NCBI RefSeq assembly: GCF_009834535.1
Contig: NC_045707.1
Coordinates: 58,840,001-58,904,000 of the forward strand
From: Camelus ferus
Taxonomy: Eukaryota
Direction of reading: 5' to 3'
DNA length: 64,000 bases
This document shows, one piece after another, positions 13,369 to 27,539 of this stretch (position 1 is the stretch's first letter; each line of letters starts with the position of its first letter). A model generated the notes under the pieces. The model ran no database searches and was not told where the DNA came from. It was given only the letters and a program-made list of their open reading frames with translations. A program made the translations under genes and the position numbers.

Positions 13369-13708
13369 CTAGAAGTGGAGTCTAAAAAATGATACAAATG
13401 AATGTATATACAAAACAGAAACAGACGCACAGCTATAGAAAACAAACTTGTGGTTACCAAAGGGGAGGGAAGGGGCGAGGGGAAATGAGGGCTATGGGAT
13501 TAACAGATACAAGTCACTATATATAAAAAGGTAAGCAGCAAGGGTTTACTGGATACAGAGGGAACCATACCCATCATCTTGTGATAACCTATAAATGGGG
13601 TATAATCCGCAAAAATACTCAATCAGTCTGCTGTCTCTTGAAACTAACATCATATTGTGAATCAACTGAACTTGAATAAAGAAGGAAATAAATAAAAAAA
13701 ATTAAAAA
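13369..13708 (+). mobile_element. LINE-1 3'UTR fragment (cetartiodactyl type)
   Basis: aaaaatgatacaaatgaa..tacaaaacagaaacagac..gaaaacaaacttgtggttaccaaagggga...gaaactaacatcatattgtgaatcaact, then an A-rich tail. Confidence 0.88.
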
Positions 13709-14433
13709 GCAGTGAGGCTACCAGGGCCTCCCCAATCAACATAATATTCCCAAACAATTGAGAAGGGAAATTGTCCCCCTAACAATTTTTATTTTGTAAT
13801 ATGCACTTATCAAGAAGTCAAGTAGGATCTTTGTGAGATAACTGACGTGACGCTCTCCTGTAGGCACCTAATACATTACATGGATCCTTATTCGTTATAT
13901 GGAGCAAAGTAATGGGTGGGATCGAATTTAAATCAGTGTTGAAGCATCAACTGTCCACTCTTTTAAACCATCAAGACAAACAGCTGCACATGCCTCTACA
14001 CAGCAGCCTTGAACTGTCATTTTTCGGGCTTACAAACTTTAATGCCATGATAAAGATCAACCTTTGGAATTCCAACAGCATCCAAGACCTGGTCTAATAG
14101 AAAACAGTTTAATGTCTAGTCACCAAACATTTACTCCTACCCAAAGTGCTCTAAGGACGTAGTATTGCTACGTTGACACCACTGAACTACAGAGAAAGGA
14201 AAGTAGCTTTTCTCTTAAGCTCAGAAATCATTCATAATTTTCTGATATTTGGCATTTGATAAAAATAAATTAGGATGAATATTTTTCAATGATATTTCAA
14301 AGAAATGAAGTACAAAAGCTACTTTATGGTACATTTTTGTTTAATCAGTATGAAGGTATTACATATTTAAATGCACTGCCTGTTACTTCTGTAGTCTATA
14401 TGTACAAATCAAAGAAAAGTTTAAAATAAAATT

Positions 14434-14663
14434 GTATTTACTTATTTTTATTGAAGTATAGGCAGTTTACAACATTGTGTCAATTTCTGGTGTACTGCAC
14501 AATGCTTCAGTCATACGTATACATACATGTATTCATTTTCATATTCTTTTTCATTATAGGTTACTACAAGATAATGAATATAGTTCCCTGTGCTATACAG
14601 AAGAAACAAATGGCCAATAGGCACATGAAAAAATGCTCAATATCACTAATTATCAGGAAAATG
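14434..14663 (-). mobile_element. short LINE-1 with 5' inversion (twin-priming structure)
   Basis: Antisense L1 3'UTR (14434-~14600) joined to a sense ORF2 fragment (aagaaacaaatggccaataggcacatgaaaaaatgctc), flanked by 12-bp TSD taaaataaaatt at 14422-14433 and 14664-14675. Confidence 0.8.
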
Positions 14664-14856
14664 TAAAATAAAATTTTAAACATCCTTTCAGTTGACTGCT
14701 GACACTGTCATAAATCTATTTAGATATTACATACAGTTCAAAAGGACTTAAGTGCATTAGTGTGAGGTTCTGAGAAAGGTAAATTTCTAATTATCGGTTT
14801 CTGTTAATTGAAACTAATTTTTTGTAGAAAATATTTTTTGTATATTGAACTTTAAA

Positions 14857-14994
14857 GGAGGGAGGGTATAGCTCAGTTACAGAGTGAATGCTTACAATGC
14901 ATAAGGTCCTGGGTTCAATCCCCAGTATTTCCATTAACTAAGTAAGTACATAAACAAACATAAAAGCCTCTCCTCCCTCAAAAAAAAAAAAAAG
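14857..14994 (+). mobile_element. tRNA-Ala-derived camelid SINE (Vic-1-like)
   Basis: ggagggagggtatagctcagttacagagtgaatgcttacaatgcataaggtcctgggttcaatccccagt, followed by an A-rich tail and poly(A). Confidence 0.9.
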
Positions 14995-15380
14995 AATTTT
15001 TTAAAACGTGCAAAATCAGTTAAGACAGCTCAATAAAAAGTTTAAAAAAATAAAAGAAATCATATTATCCTTTGAAAAATACATAAAATTACTTCATTTT
15101 CCTTTTTATATTTATCAAGGAGAAATGAAGCTAATTCAAAGATACCTTCTTTTCACATAATTTTTAGTTTAATATATTTTATACTGTTTTAAATTAAAAC
15201 AGAATTAAATGACTTTGGTATCTACATTGTAAACAATAAATAGAAATACCATTAACTCCTAAATATTGTGAAGTTTCCATTTACATGAGGATGTATAGTT
15301 TGGGGATATTTGCCCCTCGGGGAAGGTGGTTGCTGTTCATTTCAAATTAAGTTCAGCTCATATGTGTTTCAGAATGTGTT

Positions 15381-15457
15381 TGCTGTGCTGTACACCAGAA
15401 GTTGACACAACGTTGTAAACTGACTATACTTCAATAAAAAATATAGTTTAAAAAAAA
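15381..15457 (+). mobile_element. extremely truncated LINE-1 3' tail
   Basis: tgctgtacaccagaagttgacacaacgttgtaaactgactatacttcaataaaaaa plus A tail; degenerate TSD agaatgtgtttg/agtatatgtttg. Confidence 0.8.
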
Positions 15458-16984
15458 GTATATGTTTGTTATCTCCTATATTAAGCACACGTTTTAGGTA
15501 AAATTTTGGGTTGTCTCAAGATAAATTTTTTTTTCCAGGAGATTTATACTTGTTCCACTGGCCACTTATTCCACCGGCCATGTTTTCTTGTTTGTTAAAC
15601 AAAAAGGGAGGCTAAAATGTTCTTCCTCATCATTTACCCCGAGGCCTTTCCCTTGTTATTTCTGTATCATGTATTTCCCTATCTCTTTTCTCTCAAATAC
15701 ATTTTCCAATGCATTTTTCTTACAATTCCTGTGAAGACATTACTCACTGACTAGTTAGAACTATTATACAAACAGCCGATTCTTTATTCAAGCAGACCAA
15801 GTAGCAATTAAAGTCAGAAGAGAGAAGAAATGCAGTTCTAACTTTACAGTAAATGCTTCGGAAAAAAAGACTAGGAAAGGGATTTTATGATACCTAAGAG
15901 CTGGATTTCTAGAAACAATTCTTTCCTTCATTTATTCACACAGCAAAGTCAAAGACTATACTCCAGTAATTGATCTCACTGTGTTTTATGCAACTTCTCC
16001 CTTTGAAGTCAGTATTATGATTTGCATTTTACATTTGAGAAAAAGGCTCAAGGGTGAACAAACTGCCCATTGCATGCAACTAAATATCTGAGTTTGCCTT
16101 CTGTCCTTAGGTTTCCTTTGGCCATTTTCTTTCTCCGACACCACTACATTTTTCATAAGGTCCCTGGTATAGCAAGGGGCCTGACTTCTTTACCTTGGAA
16201 CTCCCAATAGTCAGAGGCTATAAACTGTAGTGGTAACTCGAGTTCCAAATACAAAACAAACTTGAAAAGCATTTGACAGAACTACTGTTACTCTTGACCC
16301 TGTTTATTGTCCTTGATAAACTAGAACTAGCCAGCATTATTCAGATACTTTGCACATACCACAATCACACATTATTGGGTCCTGTGACTTCAAATATATG
16401 CTCTTATTTAAAATATTTTGGATTTAGCAAAACCATGGGCCAACAACAACAAAAGGAGTATTTTTATAGAATACCTTCCAAAATATTTTTAAAATAAGTT
16501 AATCACAGAGAAAGGAAAGTGTTTCTGTGATAACATATTTTATTTTTCAAATGGAAATGCCATAGTTCAAGCCACCAAATGTGTTGTTTTGGAGTCTGTT
16601 TATTATGTGGGAAGCACACAAGTGCCAACTCTTTAGTAAATGCTAAAATAAATATTATTTTACATTAAGCACTTAACAGAATAAATATTATACCAAAGAA
16701 TTTTAGATTGTTATATTTACCATGCTGATTATTTAATCCTATAATCCTAAATATCATAAATTAGTTTCATGAGACTTTTTTTGTCTTTTGTCATTTTGTA
16801 TTTCAAAATGATCTGGTGACATGAAATAATCAAATCTCTTATGAATAATTCATGTCAACACACACTTACTTTCACAATATTTTATGGGATGCTATGGAAA
16901 CCTAAAAGGAAGGTATACCATTAATTCTGACATAAATAGCCATAACTGTACAAATTCATGAGTTTTTACTGCTGTCCAAGCTTT

Positions 16985-17200
16985 CTAACAAGCACTCAAT
17001 GCTAATCATCTCATTTACTTCTGACAAGTCAATGAGGACAATACTATTATTTTGATGCCATTTGATAGTGAGGGAATGAGGCTGGGAGGGAACAAGAGAG
17101 TAAATGACGTGCCTGGTGTCACACCACTAGGAAGTCATCATGCTTAGGTACAGGTCTCCATTATTCTAACTGCTAGGCTGGGGCCCACTGTTACTAGACT
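16985..17200. mobile_element. MIR SINE
   Basis: atctcatttact..tgaggacaatactattatt..gagggaatgaggct..gtaaatgacgtgcctggtgtcacaccactaggaagt (MIR core). Confidence 0.7.
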
Positions 17201-17754
17201 ACGCTGGTGGCAAAAAGCAAGAAAAACTACACGCATACCATGAATTAAGACTCAGGTTAACAATAAAAATAAATATGATCAAAGCGCTATAAACAAATCA
17301 GAACACCCACAGAGAAGAGGAGGTGTTTGGAATCGGCCTTGAATGTCAGGCAGAATTTTAACATTCAGAGACGAAGGGGAGAGAGATCTAGGCAGAGGGG
17401 AAGCATATAGGAGCAGACCCAGGTGTTGGGTTTCCCAACACTTGCACAGTTCTGAGGGTCCTTTTCAGTAAACAATAGTAAAAGTAATAGGAGTACAAAG
17501 TTAGGTGGAAAGGACATAGTTCTCTCACTAATTATGGTTAAAGTATCTTATTTTTGCAAATTTTACCCCCCACCCCCCAAAAAACCCCACATATCCACTG
17601 CTAGCCTCCCTATTCTACCAGGATCTCAGAAGGGTCTTTATGCATGACAAGCCCTGAGATTTGAGGTCCTGAGGTGAAGCATAGAGGATATTTTACTGCG
17701 TTTTACATCATTACTTTGGTTATGACAAGATCGGATATCTAAACAGTACATAGT

Positions 17755-17870
17755 TTTTTAAATGGGGGAGGTAATTATTTATTATTTTTTTAATGGAGGT
17801 ACTGGGGATTGAACTCAGGACCTCCTGGATGCTAAGCATGCACTCTACCACTTAAGCTACACCCTCCTCC
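17755..17870 (-). mobile_element. tRNA-Ala-derived camelid SINE (Vic-1-like)
   Basis: ggaggtactggggattgaactcaggacc...gctaagcatgcactctaccacttaagctacaccctcc; degenerate TSD ctaaaca.. on both sides. Confidence 0.9.
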
Positions 17871-18502
17871 CTAAACAACATGCATTTAAGCTCATATCTG
17901 ATGTTTTAATTTAATGCACCATGGTTGTTATCCCTTTGTTTTGGCTATCTGTGTAACAGGAGGTTAAGTCCAGTCTTTAACCTACCTTTCAGATCAGGAT
18001 TAGTTTCATTTAAGAGAAGTTTGTTTTCAGAACACATCATTACCCACTGACCAGGTTTTAGCAGAAATCATAGCATATTAAATTTTACTCAGGTATAGAA
18101 GGCTTTAATAATATTTTTGCTTCAGCTTTTCTGTAATACCCTCTTACAGCATAGATATCATGAGTATCTAAGTTTTCAGGCTTTTTATTTTTGTGTATTC
18201 AATGAACGTTGGTCCTTAAACTTTCTTTCTCTTCAACACAGATGGAAAGGAAGGTATGTACCTGATGACCTGGCTTTGAAAATTATGCTTAGTACTGAAA
18301 TCAAATCTTGCAAACTTCAAAAACAGTTTAATTTAGAAATATGTATAGTACTATATTCAGAATTAATATTATTGGTCTATAGGCTAACGACTTACTGTCA
18401 GTGTTAATCTATATGTTCTGATAAATTAGCCAATGGAAAGTCAAAAATATTAAGGCAATAATCATTATGAGTATATCTGAAGTAACTCATAATTTACTAT
18501 TA

Positions 18503-18715
18503 TTTTTAAACATTTTTTATTGAGTTATAGTCATTTTACAGTGTTGTTTCAAACTCCAGTCTAGAGCACAATTTTTCACTTACACATGAACGTACATGTA
18601 TTCATTGTCACATTTTTTTTTCGCTGAGCTACCACAAGATCTTGTATGTATCTCCCTGTGCTATACTGTATAATCTTGTTTATCTGTTCTACATACGCCT
18701 GTCAGTATCTACAAA
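18503..18715 (-). mobile_element. young camelid LINE-1 3' end
   Basis: Antisense L1 3'UTR (ttttattgagttatagtcattttacagtgttg...tccctgtgctatac); 16-bp TSD tcataatttactatta (18487-18502) / tcatcatttactatta (18716-18731). Confidence 0.88.
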
Positions 18716-21700
18716 TCATCATTTACTATTAATCACTTTTGGTTTTGATTTTGCATTTGCCTGCAAATAATCTGGAATGGTTTCCATTTGTATGCACATG
18801 CCCAGTGCATTCATACCGGCTGCAGTCATGACGGTCATCTACTTGTCTGCACAATCCTAACAAAGCTTAGTAAACACATTTGGTGGCAAAGGTCATCAGC
18901 AGAGTAATCTTGTTGGGCAATTTAGTTACAAGGGAAATCAAATCATAATGAGAACATCATAATAATAATGATATGGGGCTATTTTTTCAATTTTAGAATT
19001 TGACTTATAGTTTGTCTCTATTTTCTCCAATATAGTGACTTTTCTCAAACTAGGATTCATATGGAGCTATCTCTAAATTAGGTGGAATTCTCAAAAATGA
19101 CTCTCCCACCTCATTGTTGTCACTTGAATATTCTTCTTTGGAATAATTTTGGGAGAGAAAATATGTTGCTAAATCAAACACACACTTGGATCCTACAAAT
19201 ACCAAATACCCTTGATTCATAGCACTAAGACAAAAATAATATACATCAAGAAGAATACAATGGAAAAGTATAATAGGGCTGTTATTCACAGTTTTCTTAG
19301 ATCTTTTATCTCTTGATTATTTGTCACACAAAGGAAGATATACTGAATAATTCTCAGCACTTAAGAGTTTAATGGCACTGGCTTTTTGGATCTAAGAAGA
19401 CACACATGAGATAGCATTCTTCAAAGTCTGAGGTTACCTTCTTTTGGTACCCACTAATTAGCTTTTAAAGAGAGGAAAATCTGCTTAATGGATATCACTA
19501 AAGCAGTAGATTTGTGACCCTTCTCCTAAGCACAAGTCAAATTGTCACAGGTTTCTAGGGACATTACTGACAGTTTCCTTTTATCCTATGTGTTCTGAAG
19601 TATCTAAGTTTTACACCTTGAAAAGCTGTCAGAAATGCCTTCTTCCATATATAAGTAAATACCAATTAACTGTCATTTCATGGCGGTTGCTTTAAAATTC
19701 AGTAACATCTACAACTTCTGTTAGCTATCTTGACAAATTTGTTCCAGATCTACTGCCCTTTGAATATGCAAAATTATTCAGTCTTCTAACTCTCTCTCAT
19801 AAAACGCAGCCCTAGAAGGCAGCTATGTTAACTGGAAAGCTCAGAATAGCACAAAAGTACTGAGTTTAATGCTCAGGTCAGGCATTTACTGTTTCCTATT
19901 CCTGACTAGGTCCATTTCCTTATCTGCAAAATGAAGATGATGGAACATGATAGTGTTAATAAAATGAGAAAAGCCATGTGAAAATGCTTTGTATGTAGAC
20001 TGTAAGTTACAAGGTATGTTATTACTGATTATGTGTCGTTTTCTCCCAAAATCTTGCCTCTAACTAAAAACATAACTACACATCAATAGCCCATTTTGTG
20101 CTTAATGGTCCAATGGATAAAAACAAAACAAAGCAGACAAACCAAAAACCAGTAATAGCAAACCGGCCAGCCAGCAACACGATTACAGTTAAGGTGGAAA
20201 GATAAGTAACGGAGGTATACACGAAAAAATCAGTAGGACTAATTCTACATGAGTCCACAAGAAAAACATAGTATAAAGTAGGGTACTATCTATATACCTA
20301 AAATCTGGAAGTATTCAAGTTAGGAGCATGATTCCTACTTCATAGTTCTTATTAGAAACACTCTAGCTGGTGGTTTTTCAGCTAATCCTTGAAGATAGTG
20401 CGCTATTTAAACCGATGGAGGGGAAAGAGTGACTCTGGATAGGAACTCCCAGGTAATGGAAATGTGAGTAGAGTGGGTAATGCAGATGAAGAATATGATA
20501 TAAGGAGAAAATGAAGACAGTTTTCAAGAAAAAGGGGTCAATTTTTAGAAGGATGAGTGAGTCAGAAGATAAAAGACTAGGACTGCAATTGATAGACACT
20601 GGGAAGCTTGAAAGGGAAGGGAGAGGAGGATGAGGATGGAGCGAGTAGAAGGAAGACAGTCATGAGCAGTCTAGCTTACAATACCCTAATTTGCGGACAG
20701 CACTGTGATACTCAAGTACAGACGTGTCCACTTTCAAGCCATGAAATTTGAATTTTTTTTTCCTTCTAACTGGATAAAACAGAAACCTAAAAACAAACAG
20801 CACTGGAAATACTTAAGAAAACTAAAATACAAATAATTCAGTTTAGATTAATGTAAGCTGCTCTAATGTAATTTGCTACTGAAGAACTGTACCTTGTGTC
20901 GACAAGTCTCTTTCTTAATCACATATCATGCTGATCGTTATTTAAAAAAAAATTCTTGAGAAAGATTTAAGACTTTCAGAATTTACATATTTTTAAATCT
21001 AAGAAAGATTACCTAGAAGACAATCTGCCATGTATCTTTTTGCTACCCAACACTTTCAGCCATGGGAATTATTAATATATCATGTACTCAATAACACTTT
21101 TTATTTATAAACAAATATAATTCAAGCAGGCTTTTCATTATCTTCCCAAGCACTCTAATCAGTATGACCAGTTCCAATGACTTGCTCACGCTCTTCCCTA
21201 CAGGTTGGAAGTCCCATAAAACTTTAATAAATAACTTATTTCCAAACTCGGATCAAGTCCCCATTCTTCCCACCAATTTATTACTAAGTGATTTTTCTCT
21301 TCTTACCTACTGTATTACGTACTACTTCGCCCTTATTTTTACACTGTTGTTTACCTGTTAATTTCACTTATGTTGCAAGCTCCTCAACCAGAGAAATGTA
21401 TTTTATGCATTTGTTGTGGGTCAATCTTGATCCCTTTGGCATCTTCACCCTTTGACAATCTGACTAGAAACTATGAGATTCCCTAGAAAAATACATCTGC
21501 AAACATGCACACCACATCTTTCACATCATTTCAAGGCAAATATTTGGAAACCCTTGAGACAACATGCAGGCCAGGATAAGATATCCTGTATTAGTGTAAA
21601 GTAGGAATTCAATACATGCTTGTCAACAAAGATTAACTAAAGGTCTTCATACCATTTTTGATGGTTTAACAAAATTCACTGGACCAGACACTTGGGGTGA

Positions 21701-24129
21701 AACTGGGGCAGAAAACTGATAATAGCTCAAGGAGGGGAAAGAGTGGGAGACTAGGGGACAGGAGAAAAGCTTTGGCCTTAGGTATTAATCTAGCTAGAGC
21801 AGTCTTCTTTTAGTAAAGATTTGTTCCCAAGTACACATTTCTTTAGAGAAGCAGGTAGTAAATCTGTGGATGCAGGTAGCCTCAGAATACAAGATGCCTT
21901 AAAGAACCTTGGGCTCCAAAGTAAAAATAGAAGTGACAGTGAGCAGGAGGAAGGAGGTGGATATGCTGGGATGCAAATCACACCCTTGGTTTCCTGATAA
22001 AGCATGACTCAGAAGCTACCAAAGATATTAACCAATCACCAGGCAGAGGTACGCTGAACAATGTGAAGTGAGGAAGAGTTCAGGAGGTCAACGGAAGAAG
22101 TGATCTCTGAAGCATTTCAAAAAGGGAACAACTCCAACAAGATTAGTAAGAAGAATAATAGCAATTATAGATACAATTATCATTAATGGAACATTTCTCT
22201 GTGTCATGGACCATACTAATCACTTTAAATGCATTATTATTCAGTAAGTGGAATATGTTTTATTATCTCGGCAGCCTGAATATGTTTATTAAAGCTTAAA
22301 AAATGGAGATGGGTCTATCCATCAACCCAGGACATTGTACAGAAGAATATCCAGGAAAAGGAAGTAAGATGGGAAATAGGAGATGAACTGTAAGCAATCT
22401 ACTTACATCTACTCTGCAGTCTTCTATATACAAGAGCAACACTTAGTCTTTGTAAATCATAAAAACTGAAAAGAAAAACCTACTTCTAAAAAATAATTGA
22501 AAAATACTTTTATATTGGAAATTAATACTTGTTATTCCTACTACTAATAATACTAATTAACACCTCACTTTTCATAGGTAGTAAGTTTGATTACCAACTA
22601 TAATCTCAACATAATTTAAATGCTCTACTAATAATTTGGGGATGCAAAATTATGCAATCCTTTTAGGAAATAAAATTGAGTCAGTTTTAAATACTTCCAT
22701 CCCCAAAAAGGTAAGCTTTCTTTCAATAAGCCAGGAATATCACATTTGGGAGACATAATCAGTGCTCTCAGACAAGCAACGATATCTCTCTCTTCATGGA
22801 AGGTCTGGATACTGAAATGATGCCTTTGCCATTTTAGGAGAAAGCATATACTGCATTCAATTAGTCAATTTTTATTAAATATCAGCTATGTGTGAGATAT
22901 TGTTTGGGATATAAAGATAATTAAGGCATCCTCTCAACTCTAGAAGCTTATGTTGTAATAGGGAAGGTAAATAACATACACAAAACTATGTTATAAGGTA
23001 GAAAGTGCAAGTGTCATTGGAGAGCCTTCTCTCCTCAGTTCCACAACCTGGCATTCTGTCCTACATTGACTTTTGAGACTCCCCAATCCTATAACTAAAT
23101 AGCATTTATAGATCATGAAATCTTGTTGATCGACTTAACCTGAAATAGCTTGTAACAGTTTATCCACCATGTCGTTTATTTAAATGTTCATCTTCTTCAC
23201 TCTAGCAACAAATAATACACTGTCTTATATTTTTCCTTGAAAGTATCTTGTGGGTCTTCCTTAGCTCTTTAACTATATTATATTCTCCTTAAAAGAAAAA
23301 AAAAGGCCTTTTAAAAATCTAGAATATCTGGCTGAATGCTCACCTCATAGTAAGCAAGCAAAGGAAAAATATTTGCTGACTATGTATTGAGACATCAGGA
23401 GTATGTACTGACTAAAGTACAGATCATCACAGCGTAAGGGTTATGAGTATCTTTTAATTCTGAATTTGTTGTTATGCATTTGACTGCAATCAGCAACATC
23501 TGGTTGATGTTTAATTTTAGAGAATTGTATCAAATGTCTTGTAACTCTCAAAATCGGCCTTCAGTAGAGTGGGTGTCATTTGGAATGTTGGTATTGATAT
23601 ACTTTTGTCTAGAACAAAATTACATATAAAATATTGAAAAGCAAAAACATTTCATCTAAAAACAATTTTCTTGAAAAGCAATGCCAATCCAGGTATTTTA
23701 TAGAGGATGACTTTTAGCACCAATTACACTCACTCTATATTCACGAGCCTTTAATGCTTCTCTTCCTCAAATGTTTGAGCGTGCATTAGTAAGTCTTTGA
23801 AGCATAGAAAGAAGAAAAAAAGATTTCCTCTGCCACTTTCCAAGATGCCTTGAAGTTAGCCCAATTTTTATCTGCCTGCCTCAAGACAAAGAATTAGATG
23901 GCAAAGTGGCTGGGGAATGCATGTATAAAACACTAAAAGACAAAACAAAACAAAATAATACAAAAAGTGTTACGATAAGCTTGTATGATGGAAATTATAT
24001 CCATTTTTTTTTCATAAACATTCTATGGTAACATATTCCTTAGCTTTCCACTGCTCTCTTAATGTACCTGAGGCCCCCAAATCTAGGAAATGGGGAGAGA
24101 AGGTGTGGGCAATTTTGTTTCAAACATGA

Positions 24130-24810
24130 ATCTACAAAGAGCAAATCTTCTTGCTGCCACACTTGCCCCATTTGATCTATTCTAGCAAGAACATTTTATT
24201 CAAAATGATCCTTTAAAAAATCTAACTTGGACCATGTTACCCTTCTGCTCAGAACCCTCTAATGGTTTTCCATCTCATTCAGAATTAAAGCCCAAGCTGG
24301 CCCAGTGCCCCCAGGCTCACCTCTCTGAAAGTTGACCATCTGCTCCCATGTTACCTCTCTGACATCGTCCTTTGGTGCTTTCTCAGCCCATTTCACCTGG
24401 TCCACAATAGCCTCCTTCACTTTCCTTGAGTCACCAGTCATGTCCCATCTCTTACCAAAGCCTATTTCCTCACTTCCTTCAAAGCTGTGCTCAAATATGA
24501 CCTTCACTGAGCACACTATTTAAATATGCATTCTGCCTTCATCCTCCACCTACCTCCACTACAACCTGGTACTCTCTGCTTTCTTTCTTTCTTTACTTTT
24601 TTTTTTTTTTTTTGGCTTTTTTGATAGCATTTACTAAGATAAAACACACTAACAGCAAACCCTTTCTTCCTTCCTTCTTCCCTCCCTCTCTCCTTTCCTT
24701 CTCTTCACTTAACTTCTTTTCTGCCCTCACTAAAAGGTAAGCTCTGAGGGCTGAAAATTACTGATACTGAATAATTTTGATCTAATGTTCACAGTTTATT
24801 GAATTAATGA
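24130..24810 (+). mobile_element. L2 fragment
   Basis: ggaccatgttacccttctgctcagaaccctctaatggtttccatctcattcagaattaaagccc...aaggtaagctctgaggg. Confidence 0.7.
24580..24710. repeat. pyrimidine-rich low-complexity tract with poly(T)
   Basis: ttctttctttctttac(t)n and cttccttccttcttccctccctctctcctttccttctc. Confidence 0.8.
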
Positions 24811-24859
24811 AAGAATAAATGATCTAGATTCTATTGGCTTTAAAGCCAATCTCCTTGGC

Positions 24860-25070
24860 CCCCGCCAAACTGAGTCCTACCTGTAACACCTAACAGCTAT
24901 GACTGTAAGCAGACAGCATCATTTCTCCGACCCTTACCTGTCCCATTTTCAAAATGGTCATAATAATAGTACACACCTCACAAAGGGTTTGAAGTAGTAA
25001 TAAGTGAGTAATGCAACAAAATACTTAGAATAGCACCTGGCATGTAATTAAGGCTCTCTGTATGTAAACT
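24860..25070. mobile_element. MIR SINE
   Basis: cagctatgactgtaagc..ttcaaaatggtcataataatagtacacacctcaca..acttagaatagcacctggcatgtaa. Confidence 0.7.
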
Positions 25071-27539
25071 GCTAAACAAATTCCGTAAAGATCCCTAAAG
25101 ATTTCATATTCCTTCCAACATTTCTGTGTTCATTCTTTTTGTTGTAAAATACATATCATGCAGTCAAAATAGTCAAGATCATTCTTAATTTACATTTTAA
25201 AATACTTTAAAATCCTTAAGATTAACATAATATAGCCCCCCAAAAGACGTAAGTACAATTCTAAGATTTTACTTATAATAGTATCTAAACATAAAAAAAT
25301 ACTATAGAAGATTATAATCTATAATGATAATTATTGATAAAAATATTAATTTTAAACAAGGTATTATAATATCTGTTGACACAAAGATACTTCGCAATAT
25401 GAGCAAAAGAGAACTTTATAAAAATCCTTAAATATGATTAAGTCTATAAAATCATTTAATGTATCATGTGAATTATCACAATCATCATAAATTACACTAG
25501 AAAATACTTAAAATTATGAAGCTGAATTAGCTTAAACTGAATCACTTACAATTAACAGTGTATAGAAGTAGGTCATGTTACATTATCTGAAATTGATAGA
25601 ACTCTAACATATAAAATATATTAACATTACAAAATAATTGTAATTTGCATGAAACAAAATATTATCCAACATAAATAAAACTGTCTAGTAACTTAAAGTG
25701 TACACAGCATTGTGTATATAATGGAACATTAATTTTAAATGTGATGTATATTTGCATATGAACATAGTATTTCTGCTAGAGACTATAAAAGGTTATTAAT
25801 AATGGTTGCCTCTGGGAAGATAGAAAGGGATCTAAAGGAAGACACGTTTCAATTCACATATTTTTGGATTATTTAAATATTTTAAATATTTTTATGGAAT
25901 ACTTTTCATTTAAAAATCAAGTTAAAATAGTTCTTTAACAACACTGCTCTTGACAGGCAATAAACCAGACTTTTCTAAAAAATACAAGTTTCCCATGTAG
26001 AGTATTAAACATATATTGAAAATCTATAACAAAAAGAACATTTTTGTTTAGTAATAGAACTCTTCTGTGTTTTGAATGCAACAGATATTTATGTTATAAT
26101 TGAGGAAATGTTTAAAAACAGAGAAGGAAGAAAAGGTAGAAAGGAAATGAAAGGAAAAAGATAAAGCAAAAGAATGACTGTTTCGAAGATAGCAATGACC
26201 GAAATAATCCAAAATAACGGTCCCGTTAAAGTAGAATAAATTATTATATAATGTGTTTTCACTCTTAATTATCTGACAAAATACACACTTAAATTAGCAC
26301 ACATTCATTTGGAACTTAGTAGTGAGCTACCTGGCTGAGTTATTCTAGAGACGTAAAGACTGATTAAAGAAAGGAAGTCATGTTTCACCTTGTATGAAAA
26401 TGAGAGTCAACCATAACTAATCCCAGTTTGTGAAGATTTATTACCAAGGCCACACATTAAGTTATTATATTAGATTGAAGAAAAATAGAAATGAGTGAGA
26501 AACAAATAGGGAAAAAAAAAAAAAAAAAAAAGCAACAAAGATAATCCAGCCAACAATATCCAAAGATGTTTAAATTCCTACTTAACAAAGTGCTCAGCAC
26601 TGCCTGGTCAATCGACACTGAGGATATAATGAAAAACAATATAAAATGTTTCCTATACTCACAGAGCACTTGAGTTCAGTCTGATGTTTTGCATTGTGAT
26701 GACAAACATTAATTCTTCATTGCTGTAATTTTATAATTTAATGAACTACTGTTTGAAGAAAACTATAGAAATATACACATAAATCTCAAAAATTTCTGAG
26801 ACAGTCCAGCTTAGAGATTTTTCAGTCTCAGTAATCAGAGTAATCTCAGTAATCAGAGATTTAAAAGAATCATATCAGCCTGCATTTCTGTTACAGTCTG
26901 TTTTATCATTGGCTAGAAGATTTAGTTTTCATGGTATTTTTTTCAGGTATTTTCTGAAAATGTGTTTTCACACCCAGAGGATGTAAGATCAGAGTGTTTC
27001 CATTACAAAGAAAAGAAACAAACAAGAAAAAAAAAAAAAAAAAAACCACCCTTTGATGGCATGATTTTGAGAAAACATGGTTTCAAAATAACTGGAAAAA
27101 ATTCCTAAGGTTAAAATTTTACCAGTATATATTTAAATCACTGCTCTACATCCCAGTTAAGATTTCCTTCAATTAAATTTAGTCTCATCAGTATCCTCAC
27201 CTTTTAAGATATGAATTTATAAATACATTTCTCCTTTAAAAGCAGTTAAGTATTTGGTATCTTCAACCTTAAACTCTACTTAGGGTTTCCCAAAATATAA
27301 ACAAGTTTCAATTACTGTTCAAATCCCTCTCTACCACACAGAGAGTGCCGGTTCTTGACAGTTCTGCAGTAATTTTGAAGAGTCACATTTTCACACTCTT
27401 GTAAAATGAAAAAAAAAACAAAAACTGAGCATTTACCTTCAGAAATAAAGAATAGGAATTTATTTTTAAACAGCTGGCCATATTACATTGCTAATTTTAC
27501 AATTTTAGTGTCTTCCAATAGCAGATACATTCCACAGTA

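Noticed and set aside
7512..17870. Four tRNA-Ala-like sequences
   Set aside because: Mutated stems, A-rich tails and TSDs identify them as SINEs, not tRNA genes.
26826..26858. Duplicated tctcagtaatcagag
   Set aside because: Two-copy micro-duplication only; no array or spacer structure.
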